DNA from: a virus
Length of the DNA stretch: 64,000 nucleotides
Virus record (IMG/VR): IMGVR_UViG_3300026488_000010
Direction: 5' to 3' (one strand)
A model generated the notes under the pieces. The model made no database searches, had not been told where the DNA came from, and worked only from the letters and a program-made list of their open reading frames with translations. The translations under genes and the position numbers were made by a program. Shown in pieces: positions 39,109-49,071 of the stretch (positions are counted from its first letter, which is position 1; each line of letters begins with the position of its first letter).

Positions 39109-40518
39109 TTAAAGACCTCCACCTGCTGGTGCACCATCACATGTACTATCAGCTAAACCTAGAGCTTGTCTAAATTTATTACCAACTGCACAAATATCCA
39201 TTGAAGCCGCTTTTAAATCACGAGCATCTGAATATGCTTTAAGATCAGTATCAAGTTGAGCAATAGCTGCAACTGAAGACGCATCTAATGATACAATAGC
39301 ATCAGCATTATCTTGAACTTTAGATTTAAGACCTTTAACTAGGTCACCATTTCCATCAACACCATCATTGATGTCGCCTTCAACTACGTCTAAACGAGTT
39401 TCAACATCACCAAGTGATCCAGAACCACTTCCACCAAGAGCATCAATTTGATCTTGTAAAGACGTATCAGCTGCTGTACGAGCTGCTGTTTCTGCAATTA
39501 CTTTATTATCAACTACTACTGTTGCTGCAGTGTTTGCTTGCTCAGCGGCTGTTGCACGAGTAATCTCAGATGCTAGATCTGCAGCAATTGCTGAAGTTGC
39601 TGCTTCTGTTGCATCAATACGAGCACCAAGTGCTTGATCTGCTGCTTTAGATTTGCGAGCAACTTTACGAATTGCTTTACGAAATGTATTTGCATCACCT
39701 GCAACATCTTGAATATACTCTTCTAAAGTATCTGCACCATCTACTGGAGTAAATGAACCATCAGTGTTAAGACCAATAGCTGCTTGAGTTGCATCTAGTT
39801 CAGCTTGAGCAGCTGTAATAGCTGCTTCTGTAGCAACACCTGCAGTACCAAGAGCATCAATTTGTGTTTGAAGAGCTGCATCACCTGCTGCACTTACTAC
39901 ACCAGATGCATCAATTGCTTCTTGTTTAGCTGTAGCAATAGCTGCTGTTGCTGCACTAGCATTAGCTGCTTCTGCTGCTTGAGCTCTTGAAGTTTCTGTA
40001 GCAACTGCCGTTGAGATAGCTGCTGGAACTGCTGCGATATCAGTTTCGTTTTGAGTTACACGAGCATCTAATGCTGTGTCTGCTGCTTCTGAGGCTGACT
40101 TATTAGCCGCAACTGTTGTAGCTAAGTTTGATTGACCAGATTGAAGACTAGCAATATTTGTGTCTTGAGTTGCTTGAACTGCATCATTTGCAGTTTTATA
40201 ATCAGTAAGTTCAGTTTGAACTGCACCAATTGCTGTTGTATTAGCAGCAATACGATTAAGAACATCTGTTGCAAGATCACCATTTTCTGTAAAGATTGCA
40301 TTTAAAGCAATAACTTTTTCAGCTAATGTTTCTACGCCATCTGCACCATCAATAATATCAAGAGCGTCTAAACGAGCAGTGATTGCCGCTTTATCTGCAC
40401 CATAAGTTGTTAGGTCAAGAAAACCACCTTCTACATATTCCTTAACTGAAAGACCTAAACCTTCTGCTAAATCCTGTAATGCTGTTTCTAATTCCTGAGT
40501 TGTAACGTTTGAAGCCAT
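39109..40518 (-). CDS. Ala-rich coiled-coil fibre protein (fibritin/whisker-like)
   Basis: Long heptad repeats (ETSRAQAAE, EITRATAAE, ETAARTAAD). ATG 40518 has an AAAGGA RBS (ORF track starts at TTG 40524). Confidence 0.7.
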   Translation of the reverse strand: MASNVTTQELETALQDLAEGLGLSVKEYVEGGFLDLTTYGADKAAITARLDALDIIDGADGVETLAEKVIALNAIFTENGDLATDVLNRIAANTTAIGAVQTELTDYKTANDAVQATQDTNIASLQSGQSNLATTVAANKSASEAADTALDARVTQNETDIAAVPAAISTAVATETSRAQAAEAANASAATAAIATAKQEAIDASGVVSAAGDAALQTQIDALGTAGVATEAAITAAQAELDATQAAIGLNTDGSFTPVDGADTLEEYIQDVAGDANTFRKAIRKVARKSKAADQALGARIDATEAATSAIAADLASEITRATAAEQANTAATVVVDNKVIAETAARTAADTSLQDQIDALGGSGSGSLGDVETRLDVVEGDINDGVDGNGDLVKGLKSKVQDNADAIVSLDASSVAAIAQLDTDLKAYSDARDLKAASMDICAVGNKFRQALGLADSTCDGAPAGGGL

Positions 40519-40550
40519 TTTCAAATCCTTTATATATTATATATTATTCA

Positions 40551-40570
40551 GTTCAAATTCTCATTTGAAC
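40551..40570 (-). terminator. Short hairpin between accessory and fibre genes
   Basis: gttcaaat-tctc-atttgaac. Confidence 0.4.
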
Positions 40571-40601
40571 CCGCCTGCTGTTTTTGAAGTATAGTAATGA
40601 A

Positions 40602-41000
40602 CTAGTCATTTTCATTACTATATTTTGGTTTTGAGATTGTATAATACTCATACACTCCATGATTATTGCGTCTGTAATATTTCCATGTACTACCATGTTT
40701 ACATACAGTTTTGAATAGATCATGTTCGGTAAAAGATTTTAAACCTGATTTCTCAGGTTTAATTATTATCTTCTCTACGATAATTTGTTTAGGGGATTGT
40801 TTAATACTTTGCAAAGATTTTGTAGAAAAAATTCCATATATTAATGTAAGGATTAAAAGAACTATTAGTCCAAATGTACCTATAATTAATTTAATAGTTG
40901 AATATAATTCTGAATTAGTATGTTTTATTTTTTCATTTGTAGCTGAACCTATAATCTGCATTAACTCTTTCATATTTTTTTCGTCTATTTTTTCGTTCAT
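40602..41000 (-). CDS. Single-TM hypothetical protein
   Basis: 132 aa, TM LIIGTFGLIVLLILTLIYGIF. Confidence 0.55.
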   Translation of the reverse strand: MNEKIDEKNMKELMQIIGSATNEKIKHTNSELYSTIKLIIGTFGLIVLLILTLIYGIFSTKSLQSIKQSPKQIIVEKIIIKPEKSGLKSFTEHDLFKTVCKHGSTWKYYRRNNHGVYEYYTISKPKYSNEND

Positions 41001-41004
41001 TGTA

Positions 41005-41784
41005 TTATCCTATCTTTTTATTATACTCTTTTAAGAATTTTAATAATTCATGATCTTTAAAATTATCCCATGCTCGTATATCTTTATCCAAACACGCGCT
41101 AAAGTTTGAAGCATCTTTATCATTTGATTGACCATAACCTCTATATCCATCTAATCCTGATATAGAGTTTTCAGATGCTGGTATATTAGAAAGCATATTT
41201 GCAAGCTTTCTAGAATTACCTGTTTGATCTTGAATAAATTCCCAAAACATTAAATTATATGCTTGTTTGACATTTCGTAAATATTTAAAATCAATAGCTT
41301 CTTGTGCTGTACACATTTCATACTTAACTTTGTTATTAAATTCAAAATAGTGACCATACATTTTTCTAACAAAAGATGTATGTATAGCATCTCCACCAAG
41401 CACTATATACTTTGAATTTTTAAAATCTTCTGATGCTGTTGTAGCATTTAAAAATTCGGGTGAGATAACAATTTTTAATTTAGGGTATTTAGTATTCAGT
41501 ACTTCGAGGATCGTACTATTGATTACGATAACGCCTTCATATTTTTTATAAGAAAGAGTGTCCAATATTTTGATTAAAATTGATAGATCTTGACCATCAT
41601 CTGTTGTTGGTGTAGGTACAGCTACAAATATAATATCAGCTTTCATAGCATCATTTGATGTTGCACTATTAAATGTTTTAAGTTTAGGTGATTCATCAAA
41701 ACATAGAACTGAATTTAATAAACCATCTGATACACTATTATATATTGCTGAACCTACAACACCCATTCCTATAATTGCAATCAT
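41005..41784 (-). CDS. ugd: UDP-glucose/GDP-mannose dehydrogenase family (short form)
   Basis: IGMGVVG Rossmann motif, IFVAVPTP, INSTI, SPEFL, FKYLRN, GYG...ACLDKD catalytic Cys; lacks the usual C-terminal domain. Confidence 0.85.
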   Translation of the reverse strand: MIAIIGMGVVGSAIYNSVSDGLLNSVLCFDESPKLKTFNSATSNDAMKADIIFVAVPTPTTDDGQDLSILIKILDTLSYKKYEGVIVINSTILEVLNTKYPKLKIVISPEFLNATTASEDFKNSKYIVLGGDAIHTSFVRKMYGHYFEFNNKVKYEMCTAQEAIDFKYLRNVKQAYNLMFWEFIQDQTGNSRKLANMLSNIPASENSISGLDGYRGYGQSNDKDASNFSACLDKDIRAWDNFKDHELLKFLKEYNKKIG

Positions 41785-42758
41785 TACTGTTCTCCTATAA
41801 TATGATCAAGAGATTCATTATAAGCCTCTTCACTTTCTAATACCTCTAATGGTCTAATATGATCTCTAATATTTTCAAGTATTTCTTGAACAGAATACAT
41901 CCCAATATCTGCATCAGTTCCTTCAAATTCTAAAATTCTATTTTTAATTATACCATTATCCTCATGCATTAGAGCATATTCAATATCAGTTTCGAATACA
42001 TCATTTATTAATTTTAACAGTGTTATGACATCAATAGTATTATCATCATTTTGTGAACCAATATTAAAACATTGTTTATTGTTAATATTATTTATAAGAT
42101 TAATTCCAATTGGTATTATTTGATCAATAGCATCTCTAATATCACAATAGTTTCTGATACCATTGTTTGTAATTACAACGTCTCTATTTTTAAGAGCAGC
42201 ATTAATGAATGTTGGTACAACCATTCCTGGTGTATTTTGACCCGGACCTACAACATTAAAAAATCTTACTACTGCTGATGGATATTGTCCGCTATGGAAT
42301 AGAAACTCTCCATGTACTTTTGCGGCAGCATATGACCATCTTGGTGAATCGGATGGTTTTTTAATACTAAAAGGTGTTTCATCATTAATTGATTGTTCAC
42401 CAAATACTTCAGATGATGATGCATATATGATTGGTGTATTGAATTTTCTACCAATGTAATCCAAGTTTGAATTAATTTTTGAACTAACTCTAAATGTATC
42501 TCCAGAATTTGCAATTATGTTTGATACACCAATAGGTGACGCTAAATGATATATCAGATCAAAATTTTTAAATATATCAATATCTTCTGAATACATGATA
42601 ATTAAATTAATTTTATGTATTTTAATATCTTTATTTATAATTGTTGAATCATCATTGATATCGCAACCTTCGACCATATGTCCTAAAGACGCTAATTTAT
42701 TTGCAAGATGTGATCCAATAAAACCATTAATTCCTGTTATAAAAATCTTTTTTTTCAT
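41784..42758 (-). CDS. NAD-dependent epimerase/dehydratase (UDP-glucuronate decarboxylase-like extended SDR)
   Basis: ITGINGFIGSHL, IYHLASP, YASSSEVFG, SYAAAK (YxxxK), RFFNVVGP. Confidence 0.85.
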   Translation of the reverse strand: MKKKIFITGINGFIGSHLANKLASLGHMVEGCDINDDSTIINKDIKIHKINLIIMYSEDIDIFKNFDLIYHLASPIGVSNIIANSGDTFRVSSKINSNLDYIGRKFNTPIIYASSSEVFGEQSINDETPFSIKKPSDSPRWSYAAAKVHGEFLFHSGQYPSAVVRFFNVVGPGQNTPGMVVPTFINAALKNRDVVITNNGIRNYCDIRDAIDQIIPIGINLINNINNKQCFNIGSQNDDNTIDVITLLKLINDVFETDIEYALMHEDNGIIKNRILEFEGTDADIGMYSVQEILENIRDHIRPLEVLESEEAYNESLDHIIGEQ

Positions 42759-42760
42759 AA

Positions 42761-43546
42761 TTATTCCTTTATGATATACTGCAACACTAGTGAACCTCTA
42801 GTTTGAAAACTAGGAGATAGTGCCATCAATTTTATAGTTTCCTTTTCTGTATTTCTAACAACTTCTACAACATTACTTAACTCATCAATTACCTCAAAAA
42901 CAACCTCACCTGGAAAGATTAATTGATTGATATCTCGTTTAAAATTAATAAATCCTGTTTCTAAACAATGCATTGATTTTAATTCATTATCTGGACAAGA
43001 ACACTGATTGGTTTTTTCTTTAATGAAATAATCAACTAATGATCTAACATCTTCAATTGCTTGTTCGAGTTCTCTAGAATTATTTAATGTTTGCATGCCA
43101 CTAAATTCATATGTAATACCAATCTTTCCATACTGATTAACATAGTCTTTTATAGTTCCACCTTTTGAAAAACGAGTTGCATACTCAACGCCTGACTCAT
43201 GACATATACTTGAAATTGTTGAACAATTTAAACCTTTATCGATTAAACAGAAGTTTGCACATCTATGAGAATTGTGAATATCTATAACGACATCAAATTC
43301 TGATACTTCTTCTTCGATTTTTTTGATACAATCATTATATGTTATTTCTTCGGTAAATGATCTATTTAAATCTTTTGTGTGAAGTTTTTGGACTTCTCGA
43401 GTGTTTGTCTCCAGTCCTGATTGGTTTAAAAATGGTATAACTTTTACATTTGGAGTATTTTCATAATATCCTTTTAAATATAAACCTGCTTCTACAGCCG
43501 AATGTTCATTTCCGTGAGTTCCCGAGATGATTAATACTTTTTTCAA
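42761..43546 (-). CDS. Succinylglutamate desuccinylase/aspartoacylase (M14) family hydrolase
   Basis: GTHGNE (HxxE), DLNRSF, VVIDIH, C-terminal biotinyl-like segment. Confidence 0.85.
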   Translation of the reverse strand: MKKVLIISGTHGNEHSAVEAGLYLKGYYENTPNVKVIPFLNQSGLETNTREVQKLHTKDLNRSFTEEITYNDCIKKIEEEVSEFDVVIDIHNSHRCANFCLIDKGLNCSTISSICHESGVEYATRFSKGGTIKDYVNQYGKIGITYEFSGMQTLNNSRELEQAIEDVRSLVDYFIKEKTNQCSCPDNELKSMHCLETGFINFKRDINQLIFPGEVVFEVIDELSNVVEVVRNTEKETIKLMALSPSFQTRGSLVLQYIIKE

Positions 43547-43772
43547 TTTGATTCCTTGTTATTATTGTTTTTTGTGATTCTTTTGTTATTGACCATTGAT
43601 CAATAAATTTCATTTGATTAGTCATGGGAAATGACAACTTTTTTAAAGTTGAACACATGTTCCATGATTCTTTTAATTCTTCATATATATCTTCAATATA
43701 TAATATTGAAGATTCGAATGCGCTAATATAATCTAAATCCAATTCCTGTCTTGGTATATTAATCGTAATCAT
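43506..43772 (-). CDS. Hypothetical protein
   Basis: 88-aa ORF; overlaps the downstream start by 41 bp. Confidence 0.4.
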   Translation of the reverse strand: MITINIPRQELDLDYISAFESSILYIEDIYEELKESWNMCSTLKKLSFPMTNQMKFIDQWSITKESQKTIITRNQIEKSINHLGNSRK

Positions 43773-43781
43773 ATTAATAAT

Positions 43782-44525
43782 TTATGATACAGATGATGCG
43801 AAATCAATTGCTGCTTGTTTTGCTTCATCATCAGTATTGATAATGTACTCACCTTTACCATACTCTTCTGGATACTCGTACCAATGATTTGTATCATATG
43901 CTTCTCGACCTTCTTGTTTTCCGAAGAAATCTATTCTAGTAATAATATTGATTCCTAGAATAGTTGGATCAGGATCATGATATGTTTCTTCGAGCACTGA
44001 TGGTTCTGTTAAAGTTTTATCAGAAGCATCAGAAGTATCAGAATCTGGAACATCATTATCTCCATATGTGTAATACCCATCAGGATTTGGAACATCTTTA
44101 TTAATTGATTTGATTATATAGTTCGTACCATACTCATCATCTACACCAACATCATGTGATACCCAATCCATCATAGATGATTCAAAATTTTCTTTAGTGT
44201 CTGGATAATATCCTGAGTCTCCTTTTTGCACAGAGTCTCCAATTTCGAATCCATATATTGCTCGATGACTCCAACCATAATATTTACCATCATCTGATTT
44301 TCCAAGAGAATGTGTTATTAAATCATTGATTTGATATTTTAATAGGAAATTATATGTGTCGTGAATAATATCATCATTATCCACACAAAGATAATGATTA
44401 TCTTCTTTATGCATCCAGCACATACCAAAGTCTGTTCCATATGCATCTATATAATGCACTACCTCAAAATTCTTTTCAAAAATATTTTTTAATTGTTGAA
44501 TATTTTCTTTACGTTTCTTTTTCAT
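43782..44525 (-). CDS. Hypothetical protein (YGWSHRA..GFEIGD motif, acidic insert)
   Basis: ATG 44525 with AAGGA RBS (ORF track starts at 44540). Confidence 0.55.
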   Translation of the reverse strand: MKKKRKENIQQLKNIFEKNFEVVHYIDAYGTDFGMCWMHKEDNHYLCVDNDDIIHDTYNFLLKYQINDLITHSLGKSDDGKYYGWSHRAIYGFEIGDSVQKGDSGYYPDTKENFESSMMDWVSHDVGVDDEYGTNYIIKSINKDVPNPDGYYTYGDNDVPDSDTSDASDKTLTEPSVLEETYHDPDPTILGINIITRIDFFGKQEGREAYDTNHWYEYPEEYGKGEYIINTDDEAKQAAIDFASSVS

Positions 44526-44544
44526 ATTGTTTCCTTTCATTATA

Positions 44545-44607
44545 ATTTCTATACTAACTCACTTCTATCTTTATCGATAAGGATCGTTTTTGAGTTAGTA
44601 TAGAAAT
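44545..44607. repeat. 63-bp element with perfect 16-bp terminal inverted repeats and internal B' palindrome
   Basis: atttctatactaactc ... ctatctttatcgataaggatcg ... gagttagtatagaaat. Confidence 0.9.
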
Positions 44608-44614
44608 AGGGTAA

Positions 44615-45202
44615 TTATAATATCCATTTCTTGATTTCATCGATACTTTTAATGTTTGAATTATTATAATTGTAACATATATTTTTTAATTTCATTGCTT
44701 TAAGAGTTTGGTGAATAAATTTATGTATTGTTAAATATACGATATTCTTTGAATCTAACGATTTTCCATCTTTTATAGCTTTAATTAGTCCATGATTTCG
44801 ATCTCTTGAATATACTCGAGGAATTAATAAACACACATATGATGCAGCACTATGCCGAACTTCAACTGTGCAATTCTTTTTTAATTGTTCATATCTATTT
44901 TTATGTTCCATCATAATACCTTTCGTTGATGCATAAATTAATTTTGCTTTTTGTTGATTGGCAAATGCTATACAATTTCTAGTTCCAATTTCCAAAGATT
45001 CTAATTTATGTAAATTTGAATCATTATTTGGGCTTCCGAAGTGAAAAATATAACTAAAATCGTGTTGAAAATATTTTTCAAAATTTAAAATATTTTCAAC
45101 AACTCCTTCAAATATCTCAACATCATAATCTTGAACAAGAATATCGAGCAAGTGACTACCTAAGTAACCTCTTGCTCCAATTAATAATATTCTATCTTTC
45201 AT
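44615..45202 (-). CDS. Short NAD-dependent epimerase/SDR
   Basis: LIGARGYLGSHL, IFHFGS, IYAST, YEQLK (YxxxK), IPRVYS. Confidence 0.8.
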   Translation of the reverse strand: MKDRILLIGARGYLGSHLLDILVQDYDVEIFEGVVENILNFEKYFQHDFSYIFHFGSPNNDSNLHKLESLEIGTRNCIAFANQQKAKLIYASTKGIMMEHKNRYEQLKKNCTVEVRHSAASYVCLLIPRVYSRDRNHGLIKAIKDGKSLDSKNIVYLTIHKFIHQTLKAMKLKNICYNYNNSNIKSIDEIKKWIL

Positions 45203-45647
45203 AATCTTTACCTAACTCAATATAATATATTCCATTTTTATCATCTAAGTGATTAAGCAATCTTTCTAATTCTTCTAAATTTTTAGGTGCTAAAAATTCG
45301 ATGTTCAACATTCGACATATATCTTTATTGTTATCTATTGTGTGTCCTGCACCAAGCTTAGAATAGCCTATCTTACCCGCGTTAAAAATGATTATTTTAC
45401 CTTTATCAACAAAAGGCACACATGAATATTTTAATTGCTCTATACGATGCATTATGAAGCCTGCTACACCGTAAACGTATACTGACTCTCCTTGTGATGC
45501 TAGTCCACCTGCAATATTTAAAAGATTTGCTTCACCTAATCCAGTGTTTAATACTTTAGCATCTGTTGCAAATGCGTAAATATTAAACATATCTGCATGT
45601 AATAAGTAATCATTTTCTGTTAAATGTTCTGCTATATGTCTTCGCAT
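45192..45647 (-). CDS. Transketolase pyrimidine-binding-domain subunit
   Basis: VLNTGLGEANLLNIAGGLASQG...YGVAGF...RIEQLK...LGAGHT. Confidence 0.8.
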   Translation of the reverse strand: MRRHIAEHLTENDYLLHADMFNIYAFATDAKVLNTGLGEANLLNIAGGLASQGESVYVYGVAGFIMHRIEQLKYSCVPFVDKGKIIIFNAGKIGYSKLGAGHTIDNNKDICRMLNIEFLAPKNLEELERLLNHLDDKNGIYYIELGKDYER

Positions 45648-46378
45648 AATGTTACCTCTCTAATATCTTCTAATTGTTTATAATGCCAATGTACTGGATC
45701 TTTTATCATTTCTATTACACCATCACCTTTGATAGTCTCAATTAAAAATACTATTGGTTTTTGCATATTATCTAATATGCTTTTAACGTTTGCAGCATTA
45801 AATTTTGATTCTTCAATCATAAATGGGATCCATCCAGCATTATAAAACATATCATATACACCATTTACAGTCATGCCTAAAATATCTGTCGTGTTTCCTG
45901 TGAGTTGTGTTCTATTATAATCAACTGTTAATACAATATTTTGTTTATGCTTACCAATATATTGTATTGCTTCTAATGTTGGCCCCATTTGAAGAGCAGC
46001 ATCTGATATATTACAATATGTTCGTTTCCCATTATAACTTATACCACTCGCAAACCCTAAAGCATTACCCAAAGTTTCTTCACCATAATCTACGAAGTCT
46101 ATTTCATCATGTTTGACACCATATGATAAGTTATCAATATTTAACATATAATAATAATGCCAAATGATATAATATGCTTGAGCTCCAAATGGTTTGCCGA
46201 TTACGATATTCCATTCATATGGTTCAATCACAGCGGAAGACCCTGAATCATCATATCTAAATAATTCATGTGTATAGTGAAGCATTGATAGTGCACTAGG
46301 TATATGACTCAACTTTTTATCTATAGAATATTGTAATACTCTATTTAATATTGTTTTTAATTCCATTTTATATTCCAT
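45632..46378 (-). CDS. Transketolase N-terminal TPP-binding subunit
   Basis: SHIPSALS, ETLGNALGFASG, SDAALQMG...EA...VDYN (GDG..N-like), TIKGDGV, WHY. Confidence 0.8.
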   Translation of the reverse strand: MEYKMELKTILNRVLQYSIDKKLSHIPSALSMLHYTHELFRYDDSGSSAVIEPYEWNIVIGKPFGAQAYYIIWHYYYMLNIDNLSYGVKHDEIDFVDYGEETLGNALGFASGISYNGKRTYCNISDAALQMGPTLEAIQYIGKHKQNIVLTVDYNRTQLTGNTTDILGMTVNGVYDMFYNAGWIPFMIEESKFNAANVKSILDNMQKPIVFLIETIKGDGVIEMIKDPVHWHYKQLEDIREVTLCEDI

Positions 46379-46455
46379 TATAATTTTTGTTTATATTTTT
46401 TGATTCTTCTTCGTTTTTAAAAAATATAGTGTAATCTTCATTATAGTTACATCTA

Positions 46456-47250
46456 TTATTCATATTCATCCTTTATCAATTCTAAAATTTCATCTAGGTC
46501 ATCTTCTATTTGGCACCATTCTTGTTCGTTTCTACCAATTTTATATCCAGCTAATGTTCTAGGATTTATATCTGTAAGTTTATGATGAAATTTTTGAGAC
46601 GTTGAGTATTCATATTCATAGTCATCAGCATTAAATTCAGTGTTGTCAAATAATGATTTATTTTTGAACCAACACGCTACTAGGTATTGTTTAGACTCAT
46701 CTAAAACGGCTTCACCTATCATCTTGAAATGCTCATTATAAAGCGGGCAATATGCGCATTCATATGAATATAATAGAATGTATTGACTCATATTTAAAGA
46801 GCTATAATCATTGTCTATGAGCTCTACACGAGGCACTATATAATCAAATTCTTTTTCAATATCTTTATACACTGAAAAATCTTTTATATCAAATCCAGTA
46901 ATTGAATAGATATATGTATATTTTGGATATAACTTTTTAAGTTGATGTATAATTGCTCTATTTGCAATTATAATTGAGTTGCCTTCTCTATGGTTATCTT
47001 TCAATACTTCGTGCGTTATACTATCGTTAAAATTGATTTTATAATTAGTTAAAGCGAAGCTAATGTTAATTCCACTGCTAGGTGAGTCAACAGTATTAAC
47101 TCGTCCACCGTTCCAAGAACTGCCAACAATACCATCATAAACTTTAATATCGATATCAAGCTCTTTTAATATTTTTCTATTTTTTAATTTCCATAACTTG
47201 TATTGTTTTATATATTTAAAATATGGTACTTCAATGATTAAACTGCTCAT
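46456..47250 (-). CDS. U32-family-like Fe-S protein (short)
   Basis: SWNGGRV, ECAYCP...H...CWF and GYKIGR motifs resembling the U32 Cys pattern and KxxGR motif. Confidence 0.55.
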   Translation of the reverse strand: MSSLIIEVPYFKYIKQYKLWKLKNRKILKELDIDIKVYDGIVGSSWNGGRVNTVDSPSSGINISFALTNYKINFNDSITHEVLKDNHREGNSIIIANRAIIHQLKKLYPKYTYIYSITGFDIKDFSVYKDIEKEFDYIVPRVELIDNDYSSLNMSQYILLYSYECAYCPLYNEHFKMIGEAVLDESKQYLVACWFKNKSLFDNTEFNADDYEYEYSTSQKFHHKLTDINPRTLAGYKIGRNEQEWCQIEDDLDEILELIKDEYE

Positions 47251-48092
47251 ATGAGATCCTTATAATTTTCGCGCATATATTTAGAAACGTTTTCAAAAAA
47301 CCAATAAGAGTAATATAAGTACTCAGCTGCTTCATTTGAAATATCATTATCTTTTAATCTATAAATAATTTCTTTGGGCCTAGTTTTAACTTTCATATAC
47401 ATTTTAATAAAATCTTCTTCGCTTTGTATATGTACTAAATCTTCATTATCCGCGAGTATATAGAACATATCTACATCATACGCATAAAACTGTTCAAGAG
47501 TCTTATCGTAGCGTATACTGTAGTTATTGAAGTTGTTTAGCCATAGTCCTTTATTATAACACTCAATAAGAAATTTTATAAATGATTGGATTATAAAATC
47601 ATCAAACACTAAGTTGTTGAGTTTTGATATAGTATATGGTTTAACATAAATATATTTATCATCTTGCCTATATGTTCCAAACTTCATACAAATATAGTTA
47701 TAATAATTGTCATAACCTCTTTTGTTTTTAACTTTAACATACTCGCCATCGTTATTAAAATAATTATACTCATAGTTGAAGTAATTTAATTCTTTTGTTT
47801 TGTATCCATTTTTAAAGAAATGTATCTTATCTAATGCTGTTTGTTTTTGACTGTAGTTATAAAAATTAAAACCATCTTTATATGAATCCAAATAGAAATC
47901 ATCTATTGGATCAACATTTTCTAAACGCAATGAAACTGATTGAATTAAAAATTTTTTAATGTTACTATTCAAACACATTCCTAAAACGTTCTGACAAAAT
48001 ATTGTATGATCATCAGGTATTATTTGTACCTTTTTTATTTCCATTATTTTTTCCATTTTAAACCTTTTTGATCTTTTTGTATTTATCTCCAT
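47247..48092 (-). CDS. Hypothetical protein, possibly kinase-like fold
   Basis: KGLWLNNFNNYSIRY...FYAYDVD resembles a degenerate catalytic loop/DFG region. Confidence 0.35.
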   Translation of the reverse strand: MEINTKRSKRFKMEKIMEIKKVQIIPDDHTIFCQNVLGMCLNSNIKKFLIQSVSLRLENVDPIDDFYLDSYKDGFNFYNYSQKQTALDKIHFFKNGYKTKELNYFNYEYNYFNNDGEYVKVKNKRGYDNYYNYICMKFGTYRQDDKYIYVKPYTISKLNNLVFDDFIIQSFIKFLIECYNKGLWLNNFNNYSIRYDKTLEQFYAYDVDMFYILADNEDLVHIQSEEDFIKMYMKVKTRPKEIIYRLKDNDISNEAAEYLYYSYWFFENVSKYMRENYKDLI

Positions 48093-49071
48093 AATATATG
48101 CTACAGAATTTATGATTACATGTTAAGCAATCTTTGAATTGTGTAATAGGATCAAGTGATAGATTAACATCAAACATTACATCTCTATCATATAAAAAAT
48201 CCATATCACATCTATAGACTTTTCCATTTGGTGCAAGTAGTAAAGTGTTTTTACCAGCTGAGCATTCATAACCTTTAAAGTTTAAATATCCATGCATTGT
48301 TATATATTCAAATGATACCGATTTATCACCTGTTGAATCTGTTAGGATAAATGGTGTCTCATCTGGATCAACTGTTATATATTTATAATATTTTGAACTT
48401 AAGAACCATTCTGATTCTTGCAAGATGGTTCTAACATATAAAGGAACTTCTAAACTATTAAACATCTTTATTGTTTTAACATGTTCATCAATACCTTCAC
48501 GCGTAATCATATAAGTCATTACATCCATAACTCTTAATTTCTTTAAGAAGTTTATTCTTTTAACTATACCAGCCATTTTAGTAAATTCTTTATGATATGA
48601 GAATGATATAACATATTCACAACCAGCTTCTGTTAGCTCGTCATGGTTCTTTTGGTACTCATGTAAATCCCATTTCATACCATTTGATTGGATAAGAGTT
48701 CTTACCTTCTTTGTGGGATATAATTGATTAATTTTTATAATCATCTCTGTTAGCTTAGGATGCATTGTTGGTTCACCACCATATACAAATAAGAATATTT
48801 CATCCTTTTCATCTGTTCCAAACTTATCTAACATTTTTAAATATTTATCAAATGTTTCATCTGATATATGTTTAGTACTATTATCATGGAAGCAACAATA
48901 AGAACAATCGAAGTTGCAATTATCTGTAGGTTTAAATTCAATTATAAACTTATCAGTGTACTCCAAAGGTTTTAAATAATCAAAATCTTTTACGGTAAAC
49001 TGATTTTCTATAAAGTTTACAAATACTGCATCATCTTTGTTGTCTCCGCTAAATTTATCATATAGGCTCAT
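48058..49071 (-). CDS. Radical SAM protein with C-terminal twitch/SPASM-like domain
   Basis: CNFDCSYC (CxxxCxxC), GGEPTMHP, CSAG...YRC...C..C. ATG 49071 has an RBS (ORF track starts at 49077). Confidence 0.9.
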   Translation of the reverse strand: MSLYDKFSGDNKDDAVFVNFIENQFTVKDFDYLKPLEYTDKFIIEFKPTDNCNFDCSYCCFHDNSTKHISDETFDKYLKMLDKFGTDEKDEIFLFVYGGEPTMHPKLTEMIIKINQLYPTKKVRTLIQSNGMKWDLHEYQKNHDELTEAGCEYVISFSYHKEFTKMAGIVKRINFLKKLRVMDVMTYMITREGIDEHVKTIKMFNSLEVPLYVRTILQESEWFLSSKYYKYITVDPDETPFILTDSTGDKSVSFEYITMHGYLNFKGYECSAGKNTLLLAPNGKVYRCDMDFLYDRDVMFDVNLSLDPITQFKDCLTCNHKFCSIYYGDKYKKIKKV

